Assembly: GCA_030248215.1 (NCBI GenBank)
Contig: JASANG010000727.1
Span: forward strand, 186,001 to 250,000
Length of the DNA: 64,000 nt
Direction: 5' to 3'
Origin: Enoplolaimus lenunculus
Taxonomy: Eukaryota
A model generated the notes under the pieces. That model was not told the DNA's origin and made no database searches. It worked only from the letters and a program-made list of their open reading frames with translations. Shown here piece by piece: positions 1-13,300 of the stretch (its first letter is position 1; each line of letters opens with the position of its first letter). A program made the translations under genes and the position numbers.

Positions 1-37
1 CGGAGAGTGTCAATTTGACTCACCATTGTTTGCAGTG
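1..37. mobile_element. Right end of CACTG-terminated MITE (family C)
   Basis: ...TTTGACTCACCATT..TGCAGTG|TA matches the ends of the other family C copies. Confidence 0.75.
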
Positions 38-231
38 TAGCAACTGTCACCAGTTAGTAATAGGTTTTCAACCTCACTAACGATTGTAATTGTTGAACTC
101 AAATTTGATACAGGAGGAGAGCAAATCATGTTTTAAAAATGTGCTGAATTTTGTGCCTCAACATTTTCTGGTTCGAAAGTTACAAGACCTATCACCAGCT
201 TGTGATATTTGCTACACACATTTGAGAATAC

Positions 232-357
232 GGGTTTAGGTTCAAGCTTAGGTTTGCGTTATGGTTCAAGCTTAGGTTTGTATTCTGGTTCAAGCTTAGG
301 TTTGTATTATGTTTCAAGCTTAGCTTTGTACTATTGTTCAAGCTTAGGTTTAGGCTT
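232..357. repeat. ~21-bp minisatellite with GTTCAAGCTTAGGTTT core
   Basis: About 5-6 tandem units; explains spurious ORFs 192..383 and 209..391. Confidence 0.8.
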
Positions 358-1309
358 ACGTTCCGTGGGAATGTTCTCATCATTAAAATGAACCACTTTT
401 ACATCTTAGGATGTATGGATAATTGCAAAATCCGCCTCATGGTGTTGATTTTTTCAACATAGCAATTCGGCAAAACTTGACATTCCTCAAAGTACTGACA
501 TTAACCTGACTACCGGTTACCGGAACTTTGCAAGTCTATGCTTTAAAGTGGTACACCGATTGTGTGTCCAAAAATAAAATGTCATCTTACAAACAACGGT
601 ATATAACAGTCAAATTGAATTTCGGGTTTTGACGGCAAATTAAATTAGCGACCAGACAGTGGTCGAAGAAAACTTAATTTACATACCTCAACCTGAAGTG
701 AAAATTTGATATTACGTGTCATTCTTGAAACCAGCTGCGATATTAATCTGTTATCTTTTGTCTGGTAAACCCTTATTCATCGAATTATGTGTTGCGTTAA
801 TCGATTCGGTTGTTTTTACAGAACAAAGACCATTCGGTGTATTGAGTGGGTATGTTCTTGAAATAATTGTCGAAAAAACTTAAAACAATGGTGTAGTCTA
901 AAGTTAAACCGACTCTATTATAGCCCCTCCGGAAAACGATCCGGCCCTGTTCTATACATGGGCCAACAAGCGACAAGTTATCGGGCGACGAATTGTCATG
1001 ATACCGTTACAGCAGTACAATTTCTGGTTTAAAAACTGCATTTTAACAAATATTTGACTTATTTTAGCTTACATTAAAAATCGATTTATTAAATTTTGTT
1101 ATACTTCAAGCAGGTATAAACGAAGAGACAAACGGAATATTAAGTTTATATCCGGCGTTGGAGGAAATTAATTTTACTAAATGAAACATCGAATTTAACC
1201 AGTATTGTTTGCAACTCGAATAAACGCAATATAAAACCGAAAATAATACCAATAATTTTAAAAATTTTGAATAAATAAAGCGTTTTGTTATTGCTTAATA
1301 TGTGCCTTA

Positions 1310-1548
1310 CAATCAAAATAATATTTCTGGTATTTAAGAAAAAAATTCTTACATTTAAGAAATATGTTTAGCAAGGTGCGCTTGAAAAGTATTTCTGTTA
1401 TAACAGAGAAGTTTTTAAAAAAGTTTTAAAATAAAGTCGAAAAATAAAGGGTTTCCGATAAGAAAATTGTCTTAAATATCAGAAAAAATTTTCAGATTTG
1501 GCACAGAAAATACATTTCTGAATAAATTCAGAAATACTTTTTTGTGTG
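1310..1548 (-). mobile_element. CAC-terminated MITE (family E), inverted relative to 11054..11300
   Basis: Reverse complement aligns along its length with 11054..11300. Confidence 0.7.
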
Positions 1549-1697
1549 CAGAATTGAATTAATACTGCAAAACATGCCTGTGGCAAACTTTAACTTGGTG
1601 ACGACCAGCTGCAAAATGACTTAAAAAATATTGATTCTTTAAGGGTAAGTTGACTGTTGACGAAAATTCAATGATGTACAATATTCGTACCTTACAG

Positions 1698-1911
1698 GGC
1701 CAATGTAAAGAACACGCGCGGAACAATATTTATAACCATATTCCTAAGCCTAAGTCTAAGCCTAGGCCTACGCCTAAGCGTAGGAATGAGGATATTCCTA
1801 AGTTTAAGCCTAAACCTACGCCTACGCCAATTAAAAAATAACTCTAAAGCTTAAGCGTACTCTATTGCAGTCCCAAAGAAAAACGTTCCGCCCCTGATCT
1901 GTACACGGGTT
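1698..1911. mobile_element. Telomere-repeat MITE family A (Merlin-like)
   Basis: GGCCAATGTAAAGAAC TIR, internal GCCTAA units, TSD ccttacag/ccttatag. Confidence 0.8.
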
Positions 1912-2662
1912 CCTTATAGAAACGGCTGCGGACTGGATATAATACGTCTAGACTGATCCAGACAGAAATAAAGGGGATTTACAGGCGGAATCCGCGAAAC
2001 ATATTTAAAATAACGCAACTAATGGAAAGTACCAGCATAGATCGATACCTTGCCGTAGGCATCCTACTGATGCTGTTGGACTCTAAGGTTTTTTCGTCTT
2101 TATTTTTGACTAAAATTGTTCAGGATATAAGAACGAAGTACACGGGCACCCAATACCCGTTTCCTTGTACCCGCTTTTTCCTTTGCAAACCATCTCGATG
2201 AAACGTCAAATGTTAACAATTCCCACCTGGGGCCGCCTGATAGTTCAATCAAGAGTGGATGATGCATACTTTAACAACACTGTTCATCTGGGCATATTCA
2301 GTGTAGAAAAGAACACCCGGCACGCGTTGCGTTTTTGGCCTTCCAACCCTTTATTTAGAGGGGGTACAACCTGTTCGAACCATGGCACTTTATGGATCCG
2401 GCAACAGAAATGATCCGCTTATCGTTTAATTTAGGCTTATTGCATGTGACAACGACCCACATCTAAACAAGGGGGAGGGTCGGCCAAAACCGCAACGCCC
2501 GGTGGTACATTTTGTACCATGCGAAACCGCAAGAGTTGCACTCTCTTGTATTATGCAGCCTTGGTTCAATGGATAATTAACCCCAACTAAAGTAAGCCAA
2601 TCATATACTATAAACAGGAAATGAATGGATGTTGGATGCTACTTGTGATACCACATTTATAT

Positions 2663-2820
2663 TATAGATGGGCACCGGATATCCGGATATCCGGATATCC
2701 GGATATGAAATATATCCGGATATGTATCCGAAAAGAAACGTGTATCCGGATATCCGGATAAATATCCGGCGAGAATTGCCGGATATCCGGATATGAAAAA
2801 ATATCCGATGCCCATCTCTA
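2663..2820. mobile_element. hAT-like MITE with CCGGATAT repeats
   Basis: TA(T)AGATGGGCA...TGCCCATCTCTA termini, 8-bp TSD atttatat/atttttat. Confidence 0.75.
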
Positions 2821-3030
2821 ATTTTTATACATATCTTTTAAGCATACGGGTCCACTTGTAATTCAAAGTTATCGCATAGTCGCTTAACACTTTCATCATT
2901 GTAAAGACATTGTAGATAGCGGCGAAATGTTCTGACGATGGGAAGGCTGGCACAAGAGTTATGAAACGCAATTTTCACTGTATCCTATATACGAGCCAAT
3001 TTTGTAAACCAAAAAATTGTAAGGTAGACG

Positions 3031-3199
3031 CAGGCCCGTAGCCAGCTAAGCTTGCTAGGAGGGGGCTAAAAACTTTTCAGAAGGGGCATCCAACGGTTTT
3101 CAATGAGTTACAAGCAAGGTTGAAAACTTTCCAGGGGGCCCCAAAATTTTCTAGGGGAGCAGAGGCCCCCTCTTCACCCACCCTTTGGCTACGGGCCCG
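3031..3199. mobile_element. Short GC-rich hAT-like MITE (family H)
   Basis: CAGGCCCGTAGCC...GGCTACGGGCCCG, TSD ggtagacg/ggtagaga. Confidence 0.75.
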
Positions 3200-3589
3200 G
3201 GTAGAGAGAACTTTACCATTTTATCACAAAAAATTTCTGACAGGGGAACCCGCCCCCTGTGAACCCCCAAGTGATTGTTGTTGCTGTTTGTTAAAGAACC
3301 CGGTCGTTAAGTCTGGCTTCAAGTACGGGGAAATTGATACTTGATACTGTTTTTAAAAAGAATCAGCCAGCTTTGTTGCTTATAAGTGGCATTTTGTATG
3401 TTATGTATTTTTCACCTTGCGTTTTATGCATCGTTTACTTTAATTCGTGCACGCAGTTGTCGTTTGAATTTTAAACTATCGGAATTTAAACAAATTTAGC
3501 CAGCGATCTTTACTGTTTTCTAAGTATCAAAAATCATCATCTATAGCCCGTGCATTTCTCCACACAGCGTACGCGAGTTGAACTATTAA

Positions 3590-3852
3590 CCTTTTCTCAC
3601 ATGAATATTTTCAATTTCATATGAGATGTAACTTCAAGGTAAGATTCGCTCCCCGGTCTCACGGGGGGGAGGCGTTTACGATGGCCGCTGAGCTATAGGA
3701 GCTTGACGCTCGAGCCCGAGTAGGCTCTGACGTCTTGTGGAGATTTTGCACTGCGCATATATGTTATAAATGTTAAACACTGCTCACAGTGTGCGTATTG
3801 CTCGTAAGTTATTGTATTTAGTTGCTCATAGTATACTCTATGAGTAAAAGGG
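3590..3852. mobile_element. TTAA-flanked piggyBac-like MITE (diverged)
   Basis: TTAA|CCTTTTCTCA...TGAGTAAAAGGG|TTAA. Confidence 0.75.
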
Positions 3853-3911
3853 TTAAACGACGTATTCGTTCAAGCGACACAAATGTATTCCAATGATTCA
3901 TAAGTTATTAA

Positions 3912-4176
3912 CCCCTTCTCACATTGAGTTGCCTATAGGCAACTCAGCCCAGTGTATATACGGTAAATAATATATATCGCACCGTGTTTAACAATTGCAA
4001 CACGTACACATAGTACTAAATCACCACAAGACGTGAGAGCCCCCTCGGGCTCGAGCGTCGAGCTCCTATAGCTGAGTGGTGGTGGTGGTATACGCCTCCC
4101 ACTCCAGCCACTGGAGTTCGAATCCCAGCATAAAAGTAGGTCTCAGGGGAAATAGAAAATGTTCATGTGAAAAGGT
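3912..4176. mobile_element. TTAA-flanked piggyBac-like MITE with tRNA-like box A/B
   Basis: TTAA|CCCCTTCTCACAT...ATGTGAAAAGGT|TTAA; near-identical to 4210..4472. Confidence 0.8.
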
Positions 4177-4209
4177 TTAAGCGAAAAATTTTAAGTTTAC
4201 TATCTATAA

Positions 4210-4472
4210 CCCCTTCTCACATTGAGTTGCCGATAGGCAACTCAGCCCAGTGTATATACGGTAAATAATATATATCGCACCGTGTTTAACAATTGCAACA
4301 CGTACACATAGTACTAAATCACCACAAGACGTGAGAGCCCCTTCGGGCTCGAGCGTCAAAAACCTATAGCTGAGTGGTGATGGTATACGCCTCCCACTCC
4401 AGTCACTGGAGTTAGAATCCTAGCATAAAAGTAGGTCTCAGGGGAAATAGAAAATATTCATGTGAGAAAGGG
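4210..4472. mobile_element. piggyBac-like MITE, second adjacent copy
   Basis: ATAA|CCCCTTCTCACAT...ATGTGAGAAAGGG|TTAA. Confidence 0.8.
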
Positions 4473-4610
4473 TTAAGGTTAGCGCAACAATGAGTTTGTG
4501 CGGAAGTCTCAAAAACGCCTTGTTATAAGGTAAAAAGCCAAAATAACCAAGTACGCAACAAAGGAAAAACTTTTTCTTAAATACATCATATGTTAGTTCT
4601 TGTCTAATTG

Positions 4611-4832
4611 GGCCCATGTGTAGAACAGGGACGGATCGTTGTCCGGCGGGGCTGTAACAGAGTCAGTTTAAGCGTTAGACTAACTTTTTTGCATAGGAGT
4701 AGGCTTAGGCTTAGGTTTAGGCTTAGGATTAGGCTCATTCTTACGCTTATGTTCAGGCTTAAGCTTAGGCTAAGGCTTAGGAATATGCTCATAATACATA
4801 ATACTTTTCCGCCCCTGTTCTTTAAATTGGCC
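4611..4832. mobile_element. Telomere-repeat MITE family A
   Basis: GGCCCATGTGTAGAACAGGG TIR, TTAGGC tract, TSD tctaattg/cctaattg. Confidence 0.85.
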
Positions 4833-4976
4833 CCTAATTGTATACAACACAAACTCAGATGGACATTAAGGTGTGGATGAAACTTTTTTGGTTGGCTAAG
4901 GATACACGGCCCTAAATGTCAACGGAGCATTGATAATAAATAATTTTAACGTTTAACCGGTACTTTACAGAGCATA

Positions 4977-5264
4977 CACTGCAAAAAATGGTGAGTCAAA
5001 TTGATTCTATTTGAAATAGGGTTTTCGGGACTACACAAACTGAGTCAAATGCGACTCCGTCATAGTCGAATTTGACTCACTGAGCGACTCGGGTGAGTCG
5101 AATTTGACTCAATGAGTCGCTCAGTGAGTCGAATTTGACTCTGAGGAGTCAAATTTGACTCAGTTGAACTTGACTAAATGGGAGTCGAATTTGACTCAGT
5201 TTGTGTAGTCCGGAGAAGCCTATTTCGGACAGAGTCAATTTGACTCACCACTTTTTTTGCAGTG
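4977..5264. mobile_element. CACTG-terminated palindromic MITE (family C, CACTA/EnSpm-like)
   Basis: TA|CACTGCAAAAAATGGTGAGTCAAATTG...CAGTG|TA with repeated GAGTC(A/G)AATTTGACTC. Confidence 0.85.
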
Positions 5265-5495
5265 TAGCTGCACGTAATTCACTACTACCCGTTTAATTCT
5301 TTGAGGTAAACGTGGGCACAAGATATTTATTGGTTGTTGTAAAACTGAACAATGGCATATCCAACCATTGTCATAAAATCACGGCAAACTATGCAATGTG
5401 ACTTAGGCAATTTTAACCAATTTGGGATATTTATATACTAGCAAAATGTAGGCTGAAATTGTGTAAATTTTTTTGCTCGACTGGATTATAGCAGA

Positions 5496-5696
5496 GGGTT
5501 ATGTATAGAACAGGGCTGGAACAGTAGTATAAGCATATTCCTAAGCCTAAGCCTAAGATTAAGCGTAAGCGTATAGATGAGCCTATTTGTAAGCCTAAGC
5601 CTATGCCTAAGCCTAAGCAAAAAATAGTCTTAAGTTTAAACTGACTCTATTATAGCGCCGCCGAAAAACGATCCGACCCTTTTCTATACATGGACC
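5496..5696. mobile_element. Telomere-repeat MITE family A
   Basis: ATGTATAGAACAGGG TIR and GCCTAA tract. Confidence 0.8.
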
Positions 5697-7011
5697 GTGA
5701 AGTTTAGCTGGATCAAGCATAAACAACATGGCTTAAAATTTGAAACATTTTCAAGATGGACGCGAGCGGAACTCGAGAAGCCAGTTTTTGAATTCATACA
5801 AGTCAATAACTTAACTGCTGATTCAAGTGAAGTTTTTAAAGTCAAATTTGACTATCAACACCCGACCCTGTCTACGCTCGGCGTCTGGCATAAATCACAT
5901 ATATCTCGCTGTTTTTTCAGTTGCAGATACGACGCAAAAATTACGAAATACATTCAAATTAAAAATCCTCGATGCATTCGTCCATTTTTTTCTTTAAAAT
6001 TTTACAAAGATCATTGAATATTTTACACACATTAATTGTGTTGGCACAAAAATAAAACATCTTTGAAACTTTTATACTTCAATATTCGTTTTTCGTTTAC
6101 GTTTGCGTTATTTCGATCACTATCTGTTTCCGTTATTTTTACAACCCATGTTACATTCTGCTAGTTCTACATCGAGGCGGTTCACGAGCCGTAAATACGG
6201 TTGTTTTGCTTCGTTTGAACGTTCAAATGTAATCAATTTGCCTTCGTAAATGTGTACAAACACGCTTTGTTGGTTTGATTAAACAGAAACATGAAATTTT
6301 ATTATTTTAGTTGCTAAAACCTTTCAAAGACTATACTAAATATAACTTTGTTTTTACTGTCAAATTTACCTTCGGTTCAACATGAATGAAACCGATATGC
6401 TTGGCTATTATATAGGAACATGTTACTTTTAAGGGTGTTCCATTTTCCCGCGGTACAGCAATAGGCGCTGCAGTCAAAACTTACCACTCCTGGTTCGATA
6501 TATTTGTCCTAGGACGGCGCCGAGGCACGTTTCAGGTTTATGTTTTGCAAGACAGCCAGGGACAGCGTCGGAGACAGATTATTTTGCTGGCGCAGCAGCT
6601 GCAGAGATTCGAGGTTTTTGCTGGGACAGCCGAGACTAGGCATATAGTTTACAGCCGACACAGCGTCAAATCATATACCTATTTCTGCTGGAATAGACTG
6701 AACAGTCGAAAGTTGTACCAGCTTTCACACGACAGATATTTTTCGGCAATTTCAAAAACCGTTTTACAAGCTGTAAAACTATACTTCCACTTTCATTCTG
6801 TGCGTGAAAACGTAAGCAGACAACGTATCGCAATATCCGGTTTCGAAATTGCTAGATAAATCGCCCCAAAAACGTTCAGAATACCGTTTTGTTCTTGTCA
6901 CAATTAGTACTTAGTTTTTAAACATTTCGGCCGGAATATTAGTAACCGGAGTTGAATTGACGCAAATACAGGCATTTCAGTGCTTTTAGGTGATCAAATC
7001 GTTTTTCCAAT

Positions 7012-7328
7012 ATGAATCTATTGCTGCGCACATATATTATTGTAACAATTGCAAGCAGTTATTCGGTAAATATTCGAGTTCTTGGAGAAACCAACGTTCC
7101 AACGGAACATTTCGACGACACTGACTTACAGTCAAGTGGAATTCGAGTTAAACTCAACGCAGAAGCGTTAAATCAACTGCACATTTTTGTAAGCGGTGGC
7201 CCTGTTGCGGATGCACTTCAAAAACTCCGCCTTTCAAATATTCATGAAACGTTCAGTCCTGCGAACGCAGAGCTGTCTGCAAGACGAATTGCAATTGCTG
7301 AACTGATACCATGGATTCCAAAGCTTAA
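7012..7328 (+). CDS. BPI/LBP-like gene exon 1
   Basis: ATG 7012, donor GTTAGT at 7329; TTTCAG/TTTTAG at 6975-6989 may be a UTR or trans-splice acceptor. Confidence 0.85.
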
Positions 7329-10300
7329 GTTAGTACACTGCAAAAAATTGTGAGTCAAATTGACTCCCTCCGAAATAGACTCTACGGGACTGTACAAATT
7401 GAGTCAAATTAGACTCCGTCAGAGTCAAATTCGACTCACTTAGTCACACGTTGACTCTGGCAGAGTCGAATTTGACTCAGTTTGTGTAGTCCCGTAGAGC
7501 CTATTTCAGAGGGAGTCAATTTGACTCACCATTTTTTGCCGTGTAGATGTATTTTACAACTGTATGCAAACACGTTTTGCCAGGGATAAATGATTCTAAA
7601 ATTGGCAACTGCGATTGAGCGATAGAGCGCTGAAATGTCACGCAGTATCCAAGTAAATTGTGTAATACATGCGCTGAATTTCGCAGCTCGCGACAAATTG
7701 GCTCAATAACTACTCGACCCTGTTACTAACTGATGATAGGTGCTATACACATTTCAGAAGATAGAATAGTTTTCTAAAGTTAAAACTACTGGCCAATGTA
7801 AAGAACAGGGGCGGAACAGTATTATAAACATATTCCTAAGACTAATCCTAAGCCTACGACTGACCCTGAGCGTACAAATGAGCATATTCCTAAGCTTGAA
7901 CCCAAAGCCTAAAGCCCAGCAAAAAATTACTCTAAAGCTTAAACTTACTCTTTTCTCGTCACACAGGAAAACGTTCCGCCCCTGATCTTTAAATGAGTCA
8001 AACTAACCAAAACGTGGTTGCAATATTTGCAACGCTTGCACTTATTTGCGTATAATTCTCGGGTGTTCGCATACAAAAACATGGGCATAGCAGTTGGATT
8101 TCAGTGCAAATCACTCATTGTTGGTGTTCCACCATTATCACTCTAAGAGTGCCACGGTACCTTTCAAAAATTTCAAGCTGCTGTGTTAACAGCTTCTAAA
8201 AGCGGCAATGAAGACGGGTTAAAACAAACATATGAGCAAATTCGTTAAAATATTTCAGCACTTGTAATCTATTGAGTTTATTATCTGTAAAATAAATAAT
8301 TAACAAGAAATTTCACGGTACGCAAAAACAAGCAATAGCAGCCAATAGTTTTTAACACGACAGCGAAAACTATATTCCTCTTGAAAAGCCCAACTCGTTG
8401 GGCTTGCCCAAAGCGGAATCACGACTTGCGCTAGCCCAAGGCGAAATTATGTTCGATAAAGCTGTGCGTTTTTTGATTGGCTATTTGATAGTCGCAATCC
8501 AGCTTGAGTTCATTTAGCTTTAGTAAAACAAACTGTTTGGTGGCTAAAAGGTAGCGATCACTTTGCCAAACAGAAAAGAGTATTTGCATCAGCTAATTGT
8601 ATTTGAGTATAGAATTCAGGTAGTAACCAATCACAAGGCGTGTACGTGTCGCATTGAAAGAATTACGCCCTGGATTAGCCCAAGTAGTAATTCCGCCCTG
8701 GACTAGCGCAAATCGAAATTGGTATGAATTACGGCTTCGTCTAAGACGTATATACTTCAGATATTCGGCAAATATATAGATCAGGGCCGTAATAGTAGTA
8801 CAAGCGTATTCCTAAGCACTATCTTAAGCCTAGACCAGGCGTGCCGATATGTCCAAGCTTAAGTCTAAGTTAAAGCAATTAATTAGCATAAAGCGTAAGC
8901 TTACTTTATTGCAATCCCGCGGTAAACCAGTCCGCCCCTGATATATACATGGGTCAACAATTCAAAGGATTCGCAAATTTTACAACTTAGTCAAACTCAT
9001 TTGGGCTCCACCTGTAAACAAAATGCCATCAGAAACGACCTGTACTTCGGCCCATGCTACTTTTAGGGTCGTCGCGGTTTCTGGCGGGTCTATAAAAGAG
9101 TAGCCTTACATTCTAGACTATATTTTTTGCTAAGTCTTAGGCTAAGACTGAGAAATACGCTCTTGCAACGCTTAGACTTATCCTTAGAAATACGCTTAAT
9201 CTACTGTTACGGCCCTTAAAGTAACATTGGTCTGTACTCCTATTGAAATAAGACCCCAAACCGGATATCATTTACTTGTCTCCCACCCCGGATGCTCAAA
9301 TTCAATCTAAGTCAAGTGCAATACGTAAAAAAATTCGCTTATCATTAAAACCTTCACCAAATGCCATCCGATAAATCAAAAAATGCCGAATAAACCAGTG
9401 TCAGTATATAATTTTCTGTATTCATAATTTAAAAACCAGTGACCAGTTTTTAGTTCATTAATAATTAACGTAATTCCGTTGTCAAAGCTATGAATTTATA
9501 TTGCTTAAAATGACGAATCTACTGCTACTAAAAATATTACACTGCTAAAAACTTGGCAAAAAATACACGCCGCATTAATGTTTGAAATGATCAGGTTTGA
9601 AAACTTTGCGTACCGGTGTAAGTACGACAAACCTGACAGAAAATTCAGCATCAGATTCAGTAGGAATCGAGTCGGTAAATAATAGCCGGTTTTTGCGGTA
9701 AATGTAATATGTAGGTTGTTATTGACGCGTATTCCTAAGCCTAAGCCTAAAGCCTAAGCGTTGCAGAAATGTGTTCCTTAGCCTAAGCCCAAGCCTAAGC
9801 CAAGCCCAAGCAGAAAAATGTAATCTAGAATCTAAACCTACTCTTTTATAGGTTCACTAGAAACCTGGACGCCCCTTAAAGTAACATGGACCGTTAAAAT
9901 GGTATTTGACAAACGTTGTTAAAAAGTGTTTAAGAGATTTCCGCCCATAAACTGGTTTGAAGGCTTTGTTTGAAACGTGAAAAGCGTTTAAAGATTTTTT
10001 ATCTTGATATGGTTCGGTTCAGTGCTGAAAGTTTTAGTTTAAAATTTGAAATTTAAACGTATAAAAATGCAAACACTTTAGCGAAAACAGCCAATGTAAA
10101 GAACAGTGGCAAAACAGTATTATAAGCATATTCCTAAGCCTAAGCCTAAGCGTAATAATGAGTTTACTCCTAAGCCTAAGCTTAAGCCTAAGCCAAGCAA
10201 AAAATCAGTCTAAAGCTTAAGCTTACTCCATTTTAGTCCCACAGGATAACGTTCCGCCCCTGATCTTTACATAGGCCGTGAAAACTAACTTGACTATCAG

Positions 10301-13300
10301 AATTATATTAATAATTTTTAGATTTTATGAAATCACCTACTTTAGCTTTGATGCAAGGGCTTCTAAACTTGAAATACGAGTTAATTATGACCCCTAGACA
10401 CGAGTTGTAGTAACTATCGACGTTTGCATTTTGCACGAATAGCTTTAAACTTGTGCGCATAATTGCACCCTGGTGCAATTTGCTTAAAATGTGCTGGGTG
10501 TTCAAACGCTTTCACACTGTATATACCACTTCAAAGAAGACATACATTAATCAACATCAGTAAATTTATTGGTACAAATTCTTTTGCGAAAACGCTGCTC
10601 AAAATACGTATGTGGGACGGTCCAGCTTAATAAAATAATTTAAAATAAATACAAAATAATGCTGCAAAAACGTCAAAATTTGGTTCCAAATAATTTTACA
10701 GGCGACAGCAGAAACTTGGCGTATTAAATTTTCTTATTAAATTCTAATATTGAACTGGTTTGTATCCTATACAGTTGCTTTATACGTTTTAGTTTTCAAT
10801 TACTTCCGCCGGATCGTATCAGCTACACGGTTCATATTGACAAAATAAATGTTACCGGAATATGGTCGGTAAAATGGAAAAAGTTTTTGGTATCCGGTTA
10901 CAGCGATGGTGATTTCAACGTGATTCTCAACGGAAATGATGTCAATACTGTGATTCAACTAAATTTCACTCAATCTAACGAATTGGTTGTTGAGCTTGCT
11001 CAATGTGAAGCCAGCGTGGCAAATTTGGAAGTCGATATTCGAGGTTAAGCATACACACAAAAAAGTATTTTTGAATTTATTCAGAAACGCGTTTTCTGCG
11101 GCAAATCTGAAAATTTTTTCTGATATTTAAGACAATTTTTTTAATAATAACTGGAAAACGTTTATTTTCAGACTTTATTTCAAAACGTTTTTGAAAACTG
11201 TTCTGTTCTAACAGAAATGCTTTTTCAACTGCACCTTGCTAATTGTATTTCTTAAATGTAAGAAATTTTTTCTTCAATATCAGAAATACTATTTTGAGTG
11301 TATTACTAGGCCTAAAAGCGTAAGCGAAAACCAAAGCCTAGGCGTGGAAACGAGTTTATACCTAAGGCTACGATTTTCAGTCTAAGCAAAACAATTAGTC
11401 TAAAGCGTAACCATGCTCTATTGCAGTCCCGTAGAAAAACGTCACTGCTCCAATTTTTTTACATGGGCCAATTTTTAAGACCTTAGAAAAAGGGCCTATC
11501 AGTAGCCGTCTTTAGGATATCCTAAATTTAATTGGTCAAAAATTTCTCATCCTGGATACCATAATGGTGAGTTCGTTAACTTTGAGTAAGGCAAATTCTT
11601 AGCCTAATGAAACCAGTTCGGATTCAAGGCACGGCTGTTGTGTCACATGGTCATGTCGTGTAAGTTTTAGGTTCAATACTAGAATGGGGCATAGAAGCGT
11701 TTACAAACGTGTTTGACACTCGATTTCGCACTGAAGCAGGCAAACGAGTATGTGATGGAATACGCGAAAATATGAAAACTGTCAATGAAATGATGCCTAA
11801 ACTTCATGATATCAATTTAGAAGATTTTGGCAATGTTCTGCCTGAGCCAATTCGTAATGTTCGATTGGATCTTGGTCTAAGTTCACCGTTACGACTGTCA
11901 AACGACAGTATTGAAATATTTTTAATAGTAAGCATAGTTAACGTAAGCAGGTCTGCTGTACTCAATCATTTTTAATGCGGAAACAAAACGATAAGGTGCA
12001 AGGTTAATAATCATTATAATAATAATAGTTGTAATAATAATAAATAATAATAATAATAATAATAACAACAATTATAATAATAATAATTATAATAATAATA
12101 ATAATAATTAGTAATAATAATAAGAATAATAATAATAACTAGTACACGTAGTTGCATACTTGTGCAACTGGATTAAGGCTTCTCAGGCCTCAGGCTAAAT
12201 TGTCATATTAAGCGTACAAAATTAAAAAAACTGCTTTTTGAAAAGCTGCAATGCTTTGCAAATGTATAAAAATCATCAGAAACGATAAGTATTCTCAGTG
12301 TATAGTCTTAATTTGCATAAGTAACGTAAATTAAAATGTGTTGGAACGCTGACCAAAATACGTATGTGGGGCGTTCCGGTTTTAATATATAGATAGTAAT
12401 AATAACCAGTCGTAGTAGGACTACTTTATTGAGCGAAGCTCGAACACACGTAAGCAATTACGGTAATATGCAAATTAGTTATTAGCTAACTATTTATTTA
12501 TCGGTTTTTGAGGTTTGTAAGTAATTTGTTCAGGTTCCTCGTACCCAAAACCCTTTAGTCACCGTAATAATTGTTGAAATAATTTAAAAAAATCTTAATT
12601 TTGTCGTGTCATTAAGCTAATATGCAAATTAGCTATTAGCTAACTATTCAATTATCGGTTTTGAATGTTTGTAAGTCTCGCACCCAAAATCCCATTATTG
12701 CTAAAATTAGATTGCTTTTAACCTTAATAATTAGTGAAATATTGTAAAAAAAGTCCTGATTTAGGCTTATAAACTATGTTAATATGCAAATTATCTATTA
12801 GCTAACTATTCAATTATCGGTTTCAGACGATTGTAAACAATTTATTCAGATTCCTCGCACCAAAGAACTCTTTAATGCTAAAATTAGATTACTCGTAACT
12901 GTAATAATTAGTGAGATAATGTAGAAAGTCCTAATTTAGGCTTAACTAATTATGCAAATTAGCCTGTAGCTAATAAACAGCTTGAAATTTAAAACCCCAA
13001 TGTGAGGTTAACATCCCAGGATAATTGGCTTTCAAACAAAACAATGTTTATCAAAATCGGTTCAGCCGTTACCCGAATAATGGTGTGGGAGGCTGACGTT
13101 TATTCGGCCTCTTCAAAATGTCCTCCCCAGTTATTCGGTTACGGACTGCTACTTGTTTCAAACCCACTACGGAATCCTATTGATTGAGACTCGAAATGGG
13201 GACCCCCTCTTATTACCCCCTCTTATTAGGGTCACTACAGTTAGTCGTCTATCGTTTTCCAACAAAAATATATCTGTCCCGTTTTCCAATTTGCCGAAAT

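Noticed and set aside
4604..4880. LSLSLS / LRLRLR / PKPKPK ORFs here and at 1650, 27603, 29013, 42185, 54821
   Set aside because: Translations of TTAGGC tracts inside MITEs
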